Source: an uncultured virus (IMG/VR IMGVR_UViG_3300033074_002123)
Taxonomy: Duplodnaviria > Heunggongvirae > Uroviricota > Caudoviricetes
IMG/VR virus record: IMGVR_UViG_3300033074_002123
Span: 62,001-126,000 of that record
DNA: 64,000 bases
Strand: one strand, 5' to 3'
A program made the position numbers and the translations under genes. The notes under the pieces are model-generated. The model ran no database searches. It was not told where the DNA came from and was given only the letters and a program-made list of their open reading frames with translations. Each line of letters starts with the position of its first letter. Position 1 is the stretch's first letter. Below are positions 48,601-56,862 of this stretch, piece after piece.

Positions 48601-48670
48601 TAGCAGCTCCAGCATTAGAAACCTTAAGAGCTTCTAAGCCTTTTTGAATTTTAAGATTATAAATTGACAT
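45641..48670 (-). CDS. Tail-fibre-like protein
   Basis: 1009 aa, G/T/S/A-rich; N-terminus paralogous to 39616-44895; DUF2793-like segment (PPGSPAEGDRYIV..TGVW.G..NQIA); three ~75-aa internal repeats. Confidence 0.78.
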   Translation of the reverse strand: MSIYNLKIQKGLEALKVSNAGAATSGYRRLEARTDGWYDVDDAGVATRLGSGTVGIYGTPVDNQIAIWKTASTIEGDANFTWDGSAHTIVGTMVLSKTSDGSGYLARFTSDKAAGAIIAAQTTNTATTYARGLNNIELGNTNNTTGNYTSIGFIGSAGSEHAAIVSYCTDQTNDYGSLVFMTGDAGGFLQRFKIDPDGSLFANTISAQSSETNVLYYNTSTKEIVYGSLPGGAGLWQQQTGYVELVSATDAVRIKSTKNIEFGGATAYITSPSTGNLDISVATDKTLRILENGSGWLSFDTTATNALLPASDDTVSLGGSSNEFKDLWIDGTANIDSLTLATGATITSFETTLTASSNTLVPTSKAVADYVNSLVVSPGIDWQDSVKDILNPPPGSPAEGDRYIVGTSPTGVWVGKNNQIAEYISSAWVYTVPNEGFAAWVEDEDVVYIFNGTNWVKMIGVYNHNDLANIQGGTTAEYYHLTSAAYSGLTQNTVWTGTGRIVTADGTYLTNSANLTYGSNILTVTSGDIKIATLGNKLLWGDADTYIKEVSDDILGIYYPTDTVKYTFAAGYATFAGAGDSTHEALTLSGAIILGTSSITPTPTNGTIRWTGTDFEGYKSGWVSLTSTATIGGSIASTQVAYGSGTNTIAGSNSFTWISPTLTIGAASGGTGILAVKGNTSGTVSVTVAAAAGTWTMTLPTTAGTDKYALTTNGSGTTTWTQVPYGSGSNTQVAYWGASNAVTGSASFVYASAVLTLGLATGGTGKLELKGNTSGTVGITVAATAGTWTMTLPATGGTTSYALTTSDGAGTLQWSQVALGSGTSGRVAYWTTGNALTSASTFLFSGSTMTLGLATAGTGILALSGTTSGKVNLSVADAAGSWTMKLPANAGTDGYVLKTDGNGNTSWVLNGASAVSVANQADNRIITATGTTDALNAEANLQFDGTTLALTGSQTISANLQLASTSYFYIGAPGAVGTWRWYVSGEELVFERCTAITPTYVEAMRITAT

Positions 48671-48688
48671 GATTTTAAAATTATTTTA

Positions 48689-48720
48689 TAAAGATATGAA
48701 TTTTTTTTAATAAAACCAAA
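48689..48720 (-). promoter_or_regulatory. Bacteroidota-type promoter TTTG-N20-TATCTTTA
   Basis: Intergenic, exact 20-nt spacer, flanks identical to the 32863 copy. Confidence 0.8.
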
Positions 48721-48751
48721 CTAGAACCATTTTTTTGTGTTATCTCTTTAA

Positions 48752-51700
48752 CTAAACTGCTGTAAATTTACCAGCAAAATTCCAACTCCCACTTACTCTC
48801 TGTTCAATTATTAAATGACCAAATCCATCATCATATAACCTCCAACTACCATTTGTATCTTCATTCCCAATATAAAACTTCTTATCTATAGGAATTTTTA
48901 AATCTTGTCTAACAGTAACTAAAGAACTTTCTACTGTAATAAGACTAGTTTTTGATAATTGAATATCAAGTTTAGTTTCAGCATTAATTATAGCTTGTGT
49001 TCCAGTATGACTAAATTTAAAGTATTTAGAATTATCAATCAAATGTAATAAAGAAGTAGGTTCAATAATGTGATTACCTATACCAACATTTGAATTTCTA
49101 TAAATAGAAGAACCAATTAAACTCCACAAATCTGCTGGGAGATCGGAATATGTAACTTCCTTAGTAGAAGAATCATAATAAAGAACTTGTGTTTGAGAAG
49201 CAGCTTTTAAAGTATGAAAATAAGGCTTAGAATATAAATTAATAGCTCCTGTTGTATCTACAGAATTTCCATATAAATTTAAACTCTCTGTAGTTAAAGT
49301 TCCACCCTTTATAATTTGACCTCCTGCTCTTCCTCCCAACAAAACATATTGTAAGTGATCATCATGTTCTAAACCAGTTAACTGACTATGGTCTCCAGTA
49401 GAACCAAAACCTGCTTTAACCAAAGCACAATAATCAACATACAAATAGTGATTTGTATTTCCTGTAGCTGCATGATAAAATCTTATCTTTGCTTCACCTC
49501 CACTTGTATGTTCACTTGGGTCTGGGATAGAAATTTCTATCCATTCATAATTAGCTTGAGATTGTAAAAGCGTTATATAATCTTCCCAAATACTATCTCC
49601 ATAATCCCACATTTGAACTTTAACATCATGATTCCCAGTATAATAACATCTTAGCCATAATCTAGTAGGAGAATGAACAATGCCTGAAAATATTAATTCA
49701 ACATCAAAACCTGGAACTCCTGTTACTTCTCTTATTGTCCAAGCTACATTATCATGAACATTAGTGGTTAAATAAGTTCCTGAAGTCTGTGTCCCTTTTG
49801 TTATAACAGAACCAGTAGCTAAATAAATATATTGACTTATGGCTTCATCTACATAAGTCTTAACAGCTGAAGATGTTGGAATTCTGGTATTATAATCTGA
49901 AAGAGTAGTTTCTATCAAACCCACAGATGCACCAGAAGCACTTAATTGTAAGTTACCATATATTCTCACTAAATCATTGTCAAATTCTCCATAAATTAAA
50001 GGAGTAGCTGATTGAGAATTTTCAATATAAAGTTTATTACTTCCAGTTTCATTATAACCAGCAGAATAACCTAAAAAAACATTATAACTACCTAAAGTAT
50101 TAAACCCAGTAAGTCCACCAATATATGTATTGTAAGAGCCTGTTTCATTCAAATTACCTGCAGCTGAACCTACTCCAACATTATAAGAACCACTTAATGT
50201 ACTTTTTAAAGCCTGATACCCAATAGCAACACCACTACTTCCTGTTGTTAAAAGACCAAAGGCTTCAAAACCTACAGCTGTAACCCCTTGAGCCTCTGTT
50301 AAGTTCTTACTTGCTAAAGCACCAACAGCAGTATTAAATCTACCTGTAGTATTTGAATTTAAAGCAAATTGTCCAACACCTACTAGAGAAGTTCCCTGTA
50401 TTCCTGTTGACCCTGTTAAAGTTAAATTTCCTGCACTCTTACCTACAAAAATATTACTAGCATTCCCACTTAAATCAAAGTCATGTAAAAAAGTATTTAT
50501 ACCCTTATAAAAAACCCCTAAAACAGAACTTTGATTAGAAGCAACTGGCATTTTAAAATTCTGAGTTATTTCTAATTGTTCACTAGGAGTGTCTATACCA
50601 ATTCCTACCCAATCACCTAAATTAGTTGGATAGAGAAAAGCAGGACCTTCTTCAGGAATAGTTCTAGTCCAATAATTATCTTCTTGTATTATTGTTTCCC
50701 AAGATAAAACCCCTCCAGCATTTACCCTTAAAAATTTATTTTCTTCATAAAGAGAAGGCCATGTATAAGAAGAATTTCCTCCTGGGTCTTCATCAGCTAC
50801 TGCAAAAGTAACTGAACTAGTTGTACTATAAAGAGCAAGAAATCCATGAGTTCCTTCACCAACCCCTATATGTAATACTCCTGAATTATAAATAAAAGCA
50901 TTATTTCCACCAAGTACATTAGTATCTACAAAATAAGCAACCTGGTCTGCTTCTCCTGAACCTGAAATAACCCCTGAAAGATCTACTTCAAACCAAGATA
51001 AAGTCCCACTAGCAGAAGAAATTAAAACTCCATAATCAACCTCTGGATATGCTGTTGGCCAAGAATAATCTTGAGATTCTGTAGTAGCTACTGAAGAATG
51101 AAAAGAAACCCCATAATCTGTTTCACCATCATAAAAAGTTAATAATCCTAATTCAGATTGCTCAGACTCAATATCTCCTAAAATTATACCATGTAAATGT
51201 AAATTATCAAACTCACTATAATAAACAACATTATCTATTACATTTCCTTTTTTATATAAAACCCACTCTCCCTTAATTGAAGAAGCATTTCTAAACAAAC
51301 CAGAAGTACTTATAACTTGTCCTACACCATCATAATAAGTTCCATAAATCCCTATATCAAGCAAATCAGAAACAGAATTATTTCTAGCTAAATGAATTAA
51401 AGAATCTTCTATAGAAAGAGTTTCTGTATCAATTATAGTTTGAGTCCCCCAAACTGTTAAGTTTCCTAAAATTACTACTGTAGAAAGAGCTTCTCCTATA
51501 GTAATATTATTAGCACCAGTATTACTCCACAAATTATGAGCACCAGCTTCTTCTCCAATTATATCATTAACAACTTTTATTGAATTTGGTAAACCAATTT
51601 GTAAAGTTTGATCATCAGCCCTAGTTTCTATTTCATCTTCAGTTCCAATTATATTTAAAGTTTGAGAGTCTAAATCTATAGAACCAGTTCCACTATCACC

Positions 51701-51940
51701 AGCAAAATTTAAAGTAACAGCTGTTAATTCATTATAAGTAACAAACCTTCTCCACTCATTAATAGCCCCTCCATAATATCCCCAAAAACCTTCTTCTCCT
51801 AATTCACTATGATAATACATTTGTCCACCAACAGCTGTAAAAGCAGTAGGAATTGCAGAACTAGGGTGAATAACAGGATAAAGTAATCCTTTATTTCTAA
51901 GATTTAAGGGATTAAAATATTCTAATTCAAAGCCAGGCAT
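48752..51940 (-). CDS. Tail-fibre-like protein
   Basis: 1062 aa; shares ETGSNKLYIENS...PLIYGEFDN and DH..L.GL..DDH.QY.LL.GR.GGQ modules with the 1759-aa fibre. Confidence 0.75.
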   Translation of the reverse strand: MPGFELEYFNPLNLRNKGLLYPVIHPSSAIPTAFTAVGGQMYYHSELGEEGFWGYYGGAINEWRRFVTYNELTAVTLNFAGDSGTGSIDLDSQTLNIIGTEDEIETRADDQTLQIGLPNSIKVVNDIIGEEAGAHNLWSNTGANNITIGEALSTVVILGNLTVWGTQTIIDTETLSIEDSLIHLARNNSVSDLLDIGIYGTYYDGVGQVISTSGLFRNASSIKGEWVLYKKGNVIDNVVYYSEFDNLHLHGIILGDIESEQSELGLLTFYDGETDYGVSFHSSVATTESQDYSWPTAYPEVDYGVLISSASGTLSWFEVDLSGVISGSGEADQVAYFVDTNVLGGNNAFIYNSGVLHIGVGEGTHGFLALYSTTSSVTFAVADEDPGGNSSYTWPSLYEENKFLRVNAGGVLSWETIIQEDNYWTRTIPEEGPAFLYPTNLGDWVGIGIDTPSEQLEITQNFKMPVASNQSSVLGVFYKGINTFLHDFDLSGNASNIFVGKSAGNLTLTGSTGIQGTSLVGVGQFALNSNTTGRFNTAVGALASKNLTEAQGVTAVGFEAFGLLTTGSSGVAIGYQALKSTLSGSYNVGVGSAAGNLNETGSYNTYIGGLTGFNTLGSYNVFLGYSAGYNETGSNKLYIENSQSATPLIYGEFDNDLVRIYGNLQLSASGASVGLIETTLSDYNTRIPTSSAVKTYVDEAISQYIYLATGSVITKGTQTSGTYLTTNVHDNVAWTIREVTGVPGFDVELIFSGIVHSPTRLWLRCYYTGNHDVKVQMWDYGDSIWEDYITLLQSQANYEWIEISIPDPSEHTSGGEAKIRFYHAATGNTNHYLYVDYCALVKAGFGSTGDHSQLTGLEHDDHLQYVLLGGRAGGQIIKGGTLTTESLNLYGNSVDTTGAINLYSKPYFHTLKAASQTQVLYYDSSTKEVTYSDLPADLWSLIGSSIYRNSNVGIGNHIIEPTSLLHLIDNSKYFKFSHTGTQAIINAETKLDIQLSKTSLITVESSLVTVRQDLKIPIDKKFYIGNEDTNGSWRLYDDGFGHLIIEQRVSGSWNFAGKFTAV

Positions 51941-51948
51941 TCTAAAAG

Positions 51949-52548
51949 CTAATTATAAAGTAAAGTTCCTACAAAATTTTCTTCTGATTCAATTCTTACA
52001 CTCCAATTATCAATATGAAGAACATACATATTTACTTCCAATCCTTTAGAATCCAAAATTGTAATAGCAGGTTTTCTGCCTAAATTGTGAGAGTAATCAA
52101 AAGGAATCCCACCTGTTAAATTTAAAGTTACAGTTTTATTTTTATCTCTTGATTTTATTCCTAAAAGAATAAACCAATATTGACCTACTTCAGCTTCAAT
52201 CCCACCTGGATTGGTGGTTCTACACACTAAAATATCTGTTTCCCAACCTAATTTCCCACCAACCCCACCAGCATAACCATCATAACTTATTATCCAATAA
52301 TCGCCTGGAGAACCTACTGGGTAATCTGGATTAGTAGAAAGGTCTATATAACCTTTAAAAGTAAAATTACCACCACCAGGTACTCCACCTGAATCAATTA
52401 AAGGTACCCATTCTTGTAAAGGAACATCCCAATAATAATGTAGATATACTCCGATATTTGTATTATACCAAAGCATAGCTGTATTAATAGGAGGCGTAGT
52501 TCCTACATGAATAGCTTTAATTAAACCAAGATTTATACTATCTGGCAT
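51949..52548 (-). CDS. Putative virion structural protein
   Basis: Gly/Trp-rich; C-terminal HNLGRKP motif seen in fibre-associated proteins. Confidence 0.55.
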   Translation of the reverse strand: MPDSINLGLIKAIHVGTTPPINTAMLWYNTNIGVYLHYYWDVPLQEWVPLIDSGGVPGGGNFTFKGYIDLSTNPDYPVGSPGDYWIISYDGYAGGVGGKLGWETDILVCRTTNPGGIEAEVGQYWFILLGIKSRDKNKTVTLNLTGGIPFDYSHNLGRKPAITILDSKGLEVNMYVLHIDNWSVRIESEENFVGTLLYN

Positions 52549-52551
52549 TTT

Positions 52552-52866
52552 TTAAGGTATTGTATATATTAAATAACCTTCACTATCAATAGAATAATTC
52601 TCAACTTGAGCTGAATTTTCACCTTCAATTAAATCCAACTCCCCCATAGCATTTACATTGGGTAAGATATGCTCAGGTATTTGATTTGCTGTCCCTAATC
52701 CTTCTCCTTCTAAAAATGAAACTTGATTAATCATTCCAATTTCTTCAGCTAAAAATACTTTTAATAAATCTAAATCACTAACTTTCCAATACCAAGTATA
52801 AACCTCTATATCTAGCCAAAATATAGTAATAATTGTTAACGTTGGTATAACTACTGTCTGCCCCAT
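52552..52866 (-). CDS. Hypothetical protein
   Basis: 104 aa ORF in tail operon. Confidence 0.6.
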   Translation of the reverse strand: MGQTVVIPTLTIITIFWLDIEVYTWYWKVSDLDLLKVFLAEEIGMINQVSFLEGEGLGTANQIPEHILPNVNAMGELDLIEGENSAQVENYSIDSEGYLIYTIP

Positions 52867-52869
52867 ATA

Positions 52870-54072
52870 TTAAATGTCTGATAAAACCGTAGCCCAATAT
52901 GAAAAATCGGGGTTATTAGGATAATATAAAGGTTGTAAAGTACCTGAAACATTAGAAATAATATTACCATCTAAATCCATCATTATAAAACCTCTCATTA
53001 AGGGTAGCTTATATTTTTCAATTGCTACATCTGAATTTGGGGTAAAATAAGTATCAGGGACATACCTAACTCCTCTAGTATTTTTAACTAATTGTAACAA
53101 ATTATCCCATTCTACTTTACCCTTACTTTCACTCCAATATCTATAATCAAAATATTTTGAAAACTTAACTTGAATATCTTTTCTAACATCATCAGCACTA
53201 TAACCTTGCCATAAATCACAACGAAAACTTACATCAATAAGTTGATAAACAACATTTTTAATTTGAATACCATAATTAATTCCACCAACTGATTGAAGTT
53301 CCACTAAAGAAAAATAAGCTTGTCCATATTCAAGTAAATCATCTCTTTCTTGTTGAGTTAAATCAACTCCATTTTGAGTAGCTACAGCTAAAATAACCTC
53401 TCCATTCTCATTGAAGCCTTGATGATAAACTTTAAGAATGTTAGTATTAATTTTCATGAAAACTTGTTCTAACATAGCTAAAGTCCCTTTAGCTAAAATA
53501 TTAGCACCTTCCTTTATTCTTTTCCTAAAATAATCATCTTGCTCAATATCTCTTCCTCCACTTGCCTTATATTCATTAATAACATACCTGTGACCTACAG
53601 GAACAGGAGAAATTTTAGTTATAGTCAAAGCATCAACATTAGCTATATCACCTAATTGATCACTTCTTAATTTAACATAGCCCCAACCATGAGAACCAAG
53701 TGTAAGGTTTTGTTGTAATGAAAAGGTAATACCACTAGCTCCAGAAAAAATATGAGTACCAGCAACATAAGCCGTTCCTGGATTACCTACTACCCTAGCA
53801 TAAACATAACTACTAGCTGATTCAAACCTTTGAGCAACTCCAAAGATTTCAGCTGAATTATCTAAATAATCACCAAAAGCAGCATCAGGAAAAAGATGAC
53901 CTTCTAAAATAGCTATTTCTTTTAAGACCTTTTGTCCTACTTTAGCTACTCCATAACTAATCCCACTTAAAACAGATTCATCTGAAACTTTTGTAACTTT
54001 ATCTGTTTTGCTTAATAAAACTTCAACAAAAATTTGTTTTAGTTCTTCAATTGTAGAAACTTGGGTTATCAT
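52870..54072 (-). CDS. Baseplate J-like wedge protein
   Basis: A.G.YLD..A...GV.R and GGRD.E.DD.FR.RI motifs typical of gpJ. Confidence 0.88.
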   Translation of the reverse strand: MITQVSTIEELKQIFVEVLLSKTDKVTKVSDESVLSGISYGVAKVGQKVLKEIAILEGHLFPDAAFGDYLDNSAEIFGVAQRFESASSYVYARVVGNPGTAYVAGTHIFSGASGITFSLQQNLTLGSHGWGYVKLRSDQLGDIANVDALTITKISPVPVGHRYVINEYKASGGRDIEQDDYFRKRIKEGANILAKGTLAMLEQVFMKINTNILKVYHQGFNENGEVILAVATQNGVDLTQQERDDLLEYGQAYFSLVELQSVGGINYGIQIKNVVYQLIDVSFRCDLWQGYSADDVRKDIQVKFSKYFDYRYWSESKGKVEWDNLLQLVKNTRGVRYVPDTYFTPNSDVAIEKYKLPLMRGFIMMDLDGNIISNVSGTLQPLYYPNNPDFSYWATVLSDI

Positions 54073-55013
54073 TTGTTAAAATATATTGTTTTGTTTAATA
54101 ATAAATCACCATAAACTGTTCTAATTTCAGCTTCTATAAAAACAGCATCTTGATAAAAACCTACATTAGTAATAGAAAAAGAAGAAAAAGTATCATCTTT
54201 AGAAAAGAGAGAATAATATTGTCTAAAAATAACAGGAAAAGCAATGGCTTTTAAGTTAGAGCCAACTATAATACTTGAAGAAATTCCATCATCAGGGAAT
54301 TCTGGAACATCTCCTTTATTCAAATTACAAAGAATATCACAAGCTTGTTGAATAGTCTCTTTATAAGTAAGAACTTTTAAGTCATCATCCACAAAAGTAA
54401 TTGTTCTATCTAAATCTTTCCCATACATTTTTTCACCCTCTAAATTATCAACAACACTTTCTAAATAATTAATGGGATAGGTTTTATCAAAAACAATTTT
54501 TAATAAAACTCCTCCTTTATTAGAATATTCTTCTTCAGTTAAATCATTTTTAACAGCTAAATCTACCCAATTATTGTCAAAATCAGAATTTTGTAAAGTT
54601 AATCTAGAAATTGTTTCTAAAGTTTCATTTTGTTTTAACCCATATTCAGATTGGATTCCTTCATTATAATTAAGGTTAGTTATAGGAGACCTCAAGAATT
54701 TAGAACTCTTTTTTATTATTTCTAAACTCTTGATAATATCCTCAATCTTATCCAATAAATTCCAATCAGCTATATTGATAAAAGACTCCCTGTTTAAATA
54801 AAAAATTTCTTCAACTTTTTTAGCTTCAGTTAATAAAATATCTAATTTTGAAAAAGCAACAGAATCAGCTACTCTAAAGTTACCAGCATAATAATCAATT
54901 ATTTTTCTTGAATCAACTTCAATAAAAGCAACATAATAATCTATCAAAGAATAGATATCATAGCCTGTTATTTTAACAAAATCAGATATAGTAGTTTCTT
55001 TAAAAGGTAACAT
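54069..55013 (-). CDS. Baseplate protein (gp25/W-like C-terminus)
   Basis: Y.LKQNETLE.I LysM-like segment and KGDVPEFPDDG gp25-like segment; ATG at 55013 preferred over the track's 55079 start, which overlaps the upstream gene more heavily. Confidence 0.6.
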   Translation of the reverse strand: MLPFKETTISDFVKITGYDIYSLIDYYVAFIEVDSRKIIDYYAGNFRVADSVAFSKLDILLTEAKKVEEIFYLNRESFINIADWNLLDKIEDIIKSLEIIKKSSKFLRSPITNLNYNEGIQSEYGLKQNETLETISRLTLQNSDFDNNWVDLAVKNDLTEEEYSNKGGVLLKIVFDKTYPINYLESVVDNLEGEKMYGKDLDRTITFVDDDLKVLTYKETIQQACDILCNLNKGDVPEFPDDGISSSIIVGSNLKAIAFPVIFRQYYSLFSKDDTFSSFSITNVGFYQDAVFIEAEIRTVYGDLLLNKTIYFNK

Positions 55014-55806
55014 AGCCAAAAGGATTGCCAATTTCGTTTGGAGAAGGAATTTTATTTGCTGGGAATAGATTATAATCACTATTAGGATATTTAACAGCTA
55101 AAGCTACTTCAGAAGCTAAAAGATCTATTACCTTAGTCATGTTATCAAACATCAAAGTTTTCCTTAAAGAATTTCTCTTGTGACCTTTTTCATAAATAGG
55201 AGAAACAGCAGATAAAGACAAAGAATAAGTCCAAATCATATTTAAGTCCTTAGATTGAGATAACTTCAAATCAGTTAATTCTACTATCCAACTATGCCCT
55301 AAAGAAGGATTATAAAAATAAGTTCTATAAGGGTAACCCTCATGACTTAAACCACTTGATTTTTCATATAGGTGTTCAAATAATTTAATAGCCCCATATC
55401 CTGTTTTAACTTTTGGGTCAAAATATTTGTGTTTTAAATGAAAGGGGAACTTTAAATGAAGTAATCCACCTTCTACTTCAGTTTGTCCTATTAACATCTT
55501 AAATTTCTTACCAAAATTACCACTTAAAACATACTGTTTAGGAATAAAACTATCTGTTTTTAAACTAGTAATTCCACCAGCAGACTTTTTAATATTAGTA
55601 ATTTTAGAAGAAGTATATTGAATTTGTTCTGGCATTACAGGAAATACAAATAAATCAGTTGTAATTGTATCTCCATTATCTTTTATTTTAGCTAATTCAA
55701 TAGAACAAATATAATATTCAAAATCATTAGGAAATAGCCAATGAAGATAAGATTTTCCTATTGATTGAACTAATTGTAAATATCTACTTCTAACTAAATC
55801 ATCCAT
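55000..55806 (-). CDS. Putative baseplate/tail-tube initiator protein
   Basis: FVFPVMPEQI...LSGNFG...W.YSL pattern; position in baseplate block. Confidence 0.55.
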   Translation of the reverse strand: MDDLVRSRYLQLVQSIGKSYLHWLFPNDFEYYICSIELAKIKDNGDTITTDLFVFPVMPEQIQYTSSKITNIKKSAGGITSLKTDSFIPKQYVLSGNFGKKFKMLIGQTEVEGGLLHLKFPFHLKHKYFDPKVKTGYGAIKLFEHLYEKSSGLSHEGYPYRTYFYNPSLGHSWIVELTDLKLSQSKDLNMIWTYSLSLSAVSPIYEKGHKRNSLRKTLMFDNMTKVIDLLASEVALAVKYPNSDYNLFPANKIPSPNEIGNPFGYVTF

Positions 55807-56051
55807 TATACAAGTCCTCCTATAATTTGAGCAATACTAGTAGCTGTACCTGGGAAACCACCAGCTATAACAGTAGTATTAGTAGGATTAATAGCACCTG
55901 GTTGAAGAACAACTTCAGCTGAATGAATAGCATCAGTTATAATCTTTGCTAAATCAGAAGCAAATAATTGAATAGCTGCTTCTGGGTCTTCTAACCCATT
56001 TCCTTTAACAGAATTTACAATTTGTTGTTGAATATATGCTTGATTAACCAT
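55806..56051 (-). CDS. Small baseplate-region protein
   Basis: 81 aa, TAATG-coupled, follows the spike-like gene. Confidence 0.55.
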   Translation of the reverse strand: MVNQAYIQQQIVNSVKGNGLEDPEAAIQLFASDLAKIITDAIHSAEVVLQPGAINPTNTTVIAGGFPGTATSIAQIIGGLV

Positions 56052-56052
56052 A

Positions 56053-56862
56053 TTACTTAAATATTTCTGCTACTTTATTTTTTAACTCTTCTACTTGAAC
56101 CTTATTCATTATAGGTTGTACTCCCATTGAAGTTTGAACAGTAATATTAGATATTTCAGTTAAAATATCTTCTAACAATTTTTTTACAGAATATTCAGAA
56201 CTATTTTGAATTAAAAATTTATTAGCTGTTAATTCTGAATCTTCTTTTGAAACAGTAACAAGTTTCTTTTCAGCTGTTAAATTGACATTTTCAAGAGATT
56301 GTATTGAAGAAGCTTTTCTAGTATAAAGAGCAAAATCTCCTTGAATTTCTATAACAAATCTACCTTTATCTTGAGAATTGTGAATATCTATATAAAGACC
56401 ATTTTCAAATTCAGGAGCCTTAAGATGAATAAATAAATTACCTTTCTTTCCTTGACCTCTTATAGTTACAATATTTTCTTCAAAACTTTTAATTATCTTA
56501 AATTCTTTCTCAACAAAATTATCATACTCATCATCTTTAGCTAAAATAGCTATAACAATAGGGTGATTACTAATAATTTCATTAATAAAAACAACTAAGC
56601 TTCCAGCTTCATCAATACCTAAAGGAAATTCAATTTCTTGTAGAACATTTTTATCAACTCTAACATCTTGAACAAATTCACCATCAGATGTTAAAATATC
56701 AATTAAATTAGTTCTATAACAATTTTCAATATATTCTCCTCTATCAACATCATAAGGAAGTACAATATAACCATATCCAACAGAATATCTTGGATTGGGA
56801 ATCCTTTGCCTAGCTAAAGGGTTTCTATTTTTTCCTCTTCTAAACTCAATAGCCATAACCAT
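56053..56862 (-). CDS. Putative baseplate spike/assembly protein
   Basis: OB-like N-terminus and short beta-repeat C-terminus; follows hub-like gene. Confidence 0.55.
   Translation of the reverse strand: MVMAIEFRRGKNRNPLARQRIPNPRYSVGYGYIVLPYDVDRGEYIENCYRTNLIDILTSDGEFVQDVRVDKNVLQEIEFPLGIDEAGSLVVFINEIISNHPIVIAILAKDDEYDNFVEKEFKIIKSFEENIVTIRGQGKKGNLFIHLKAPEFENGLYIDIHNSQDKGRFVIEIQGDFALYTRKASSIQSLENVNLTAEKKLVTVSKEDSELTANKFLIQNSSEYSVKKLLEDILTEISNITVQTSMGVQPIMNKVQVEELKNKVAEIFK

Noticed and set aside
39616..51940. Diversity-generating retroelement or invertase shufflon acting on the fibres
   Set aside because: No reverse transcriptase or recombinase in the window; repeats are direct, in frame, and do not show adenine-specific mismatches
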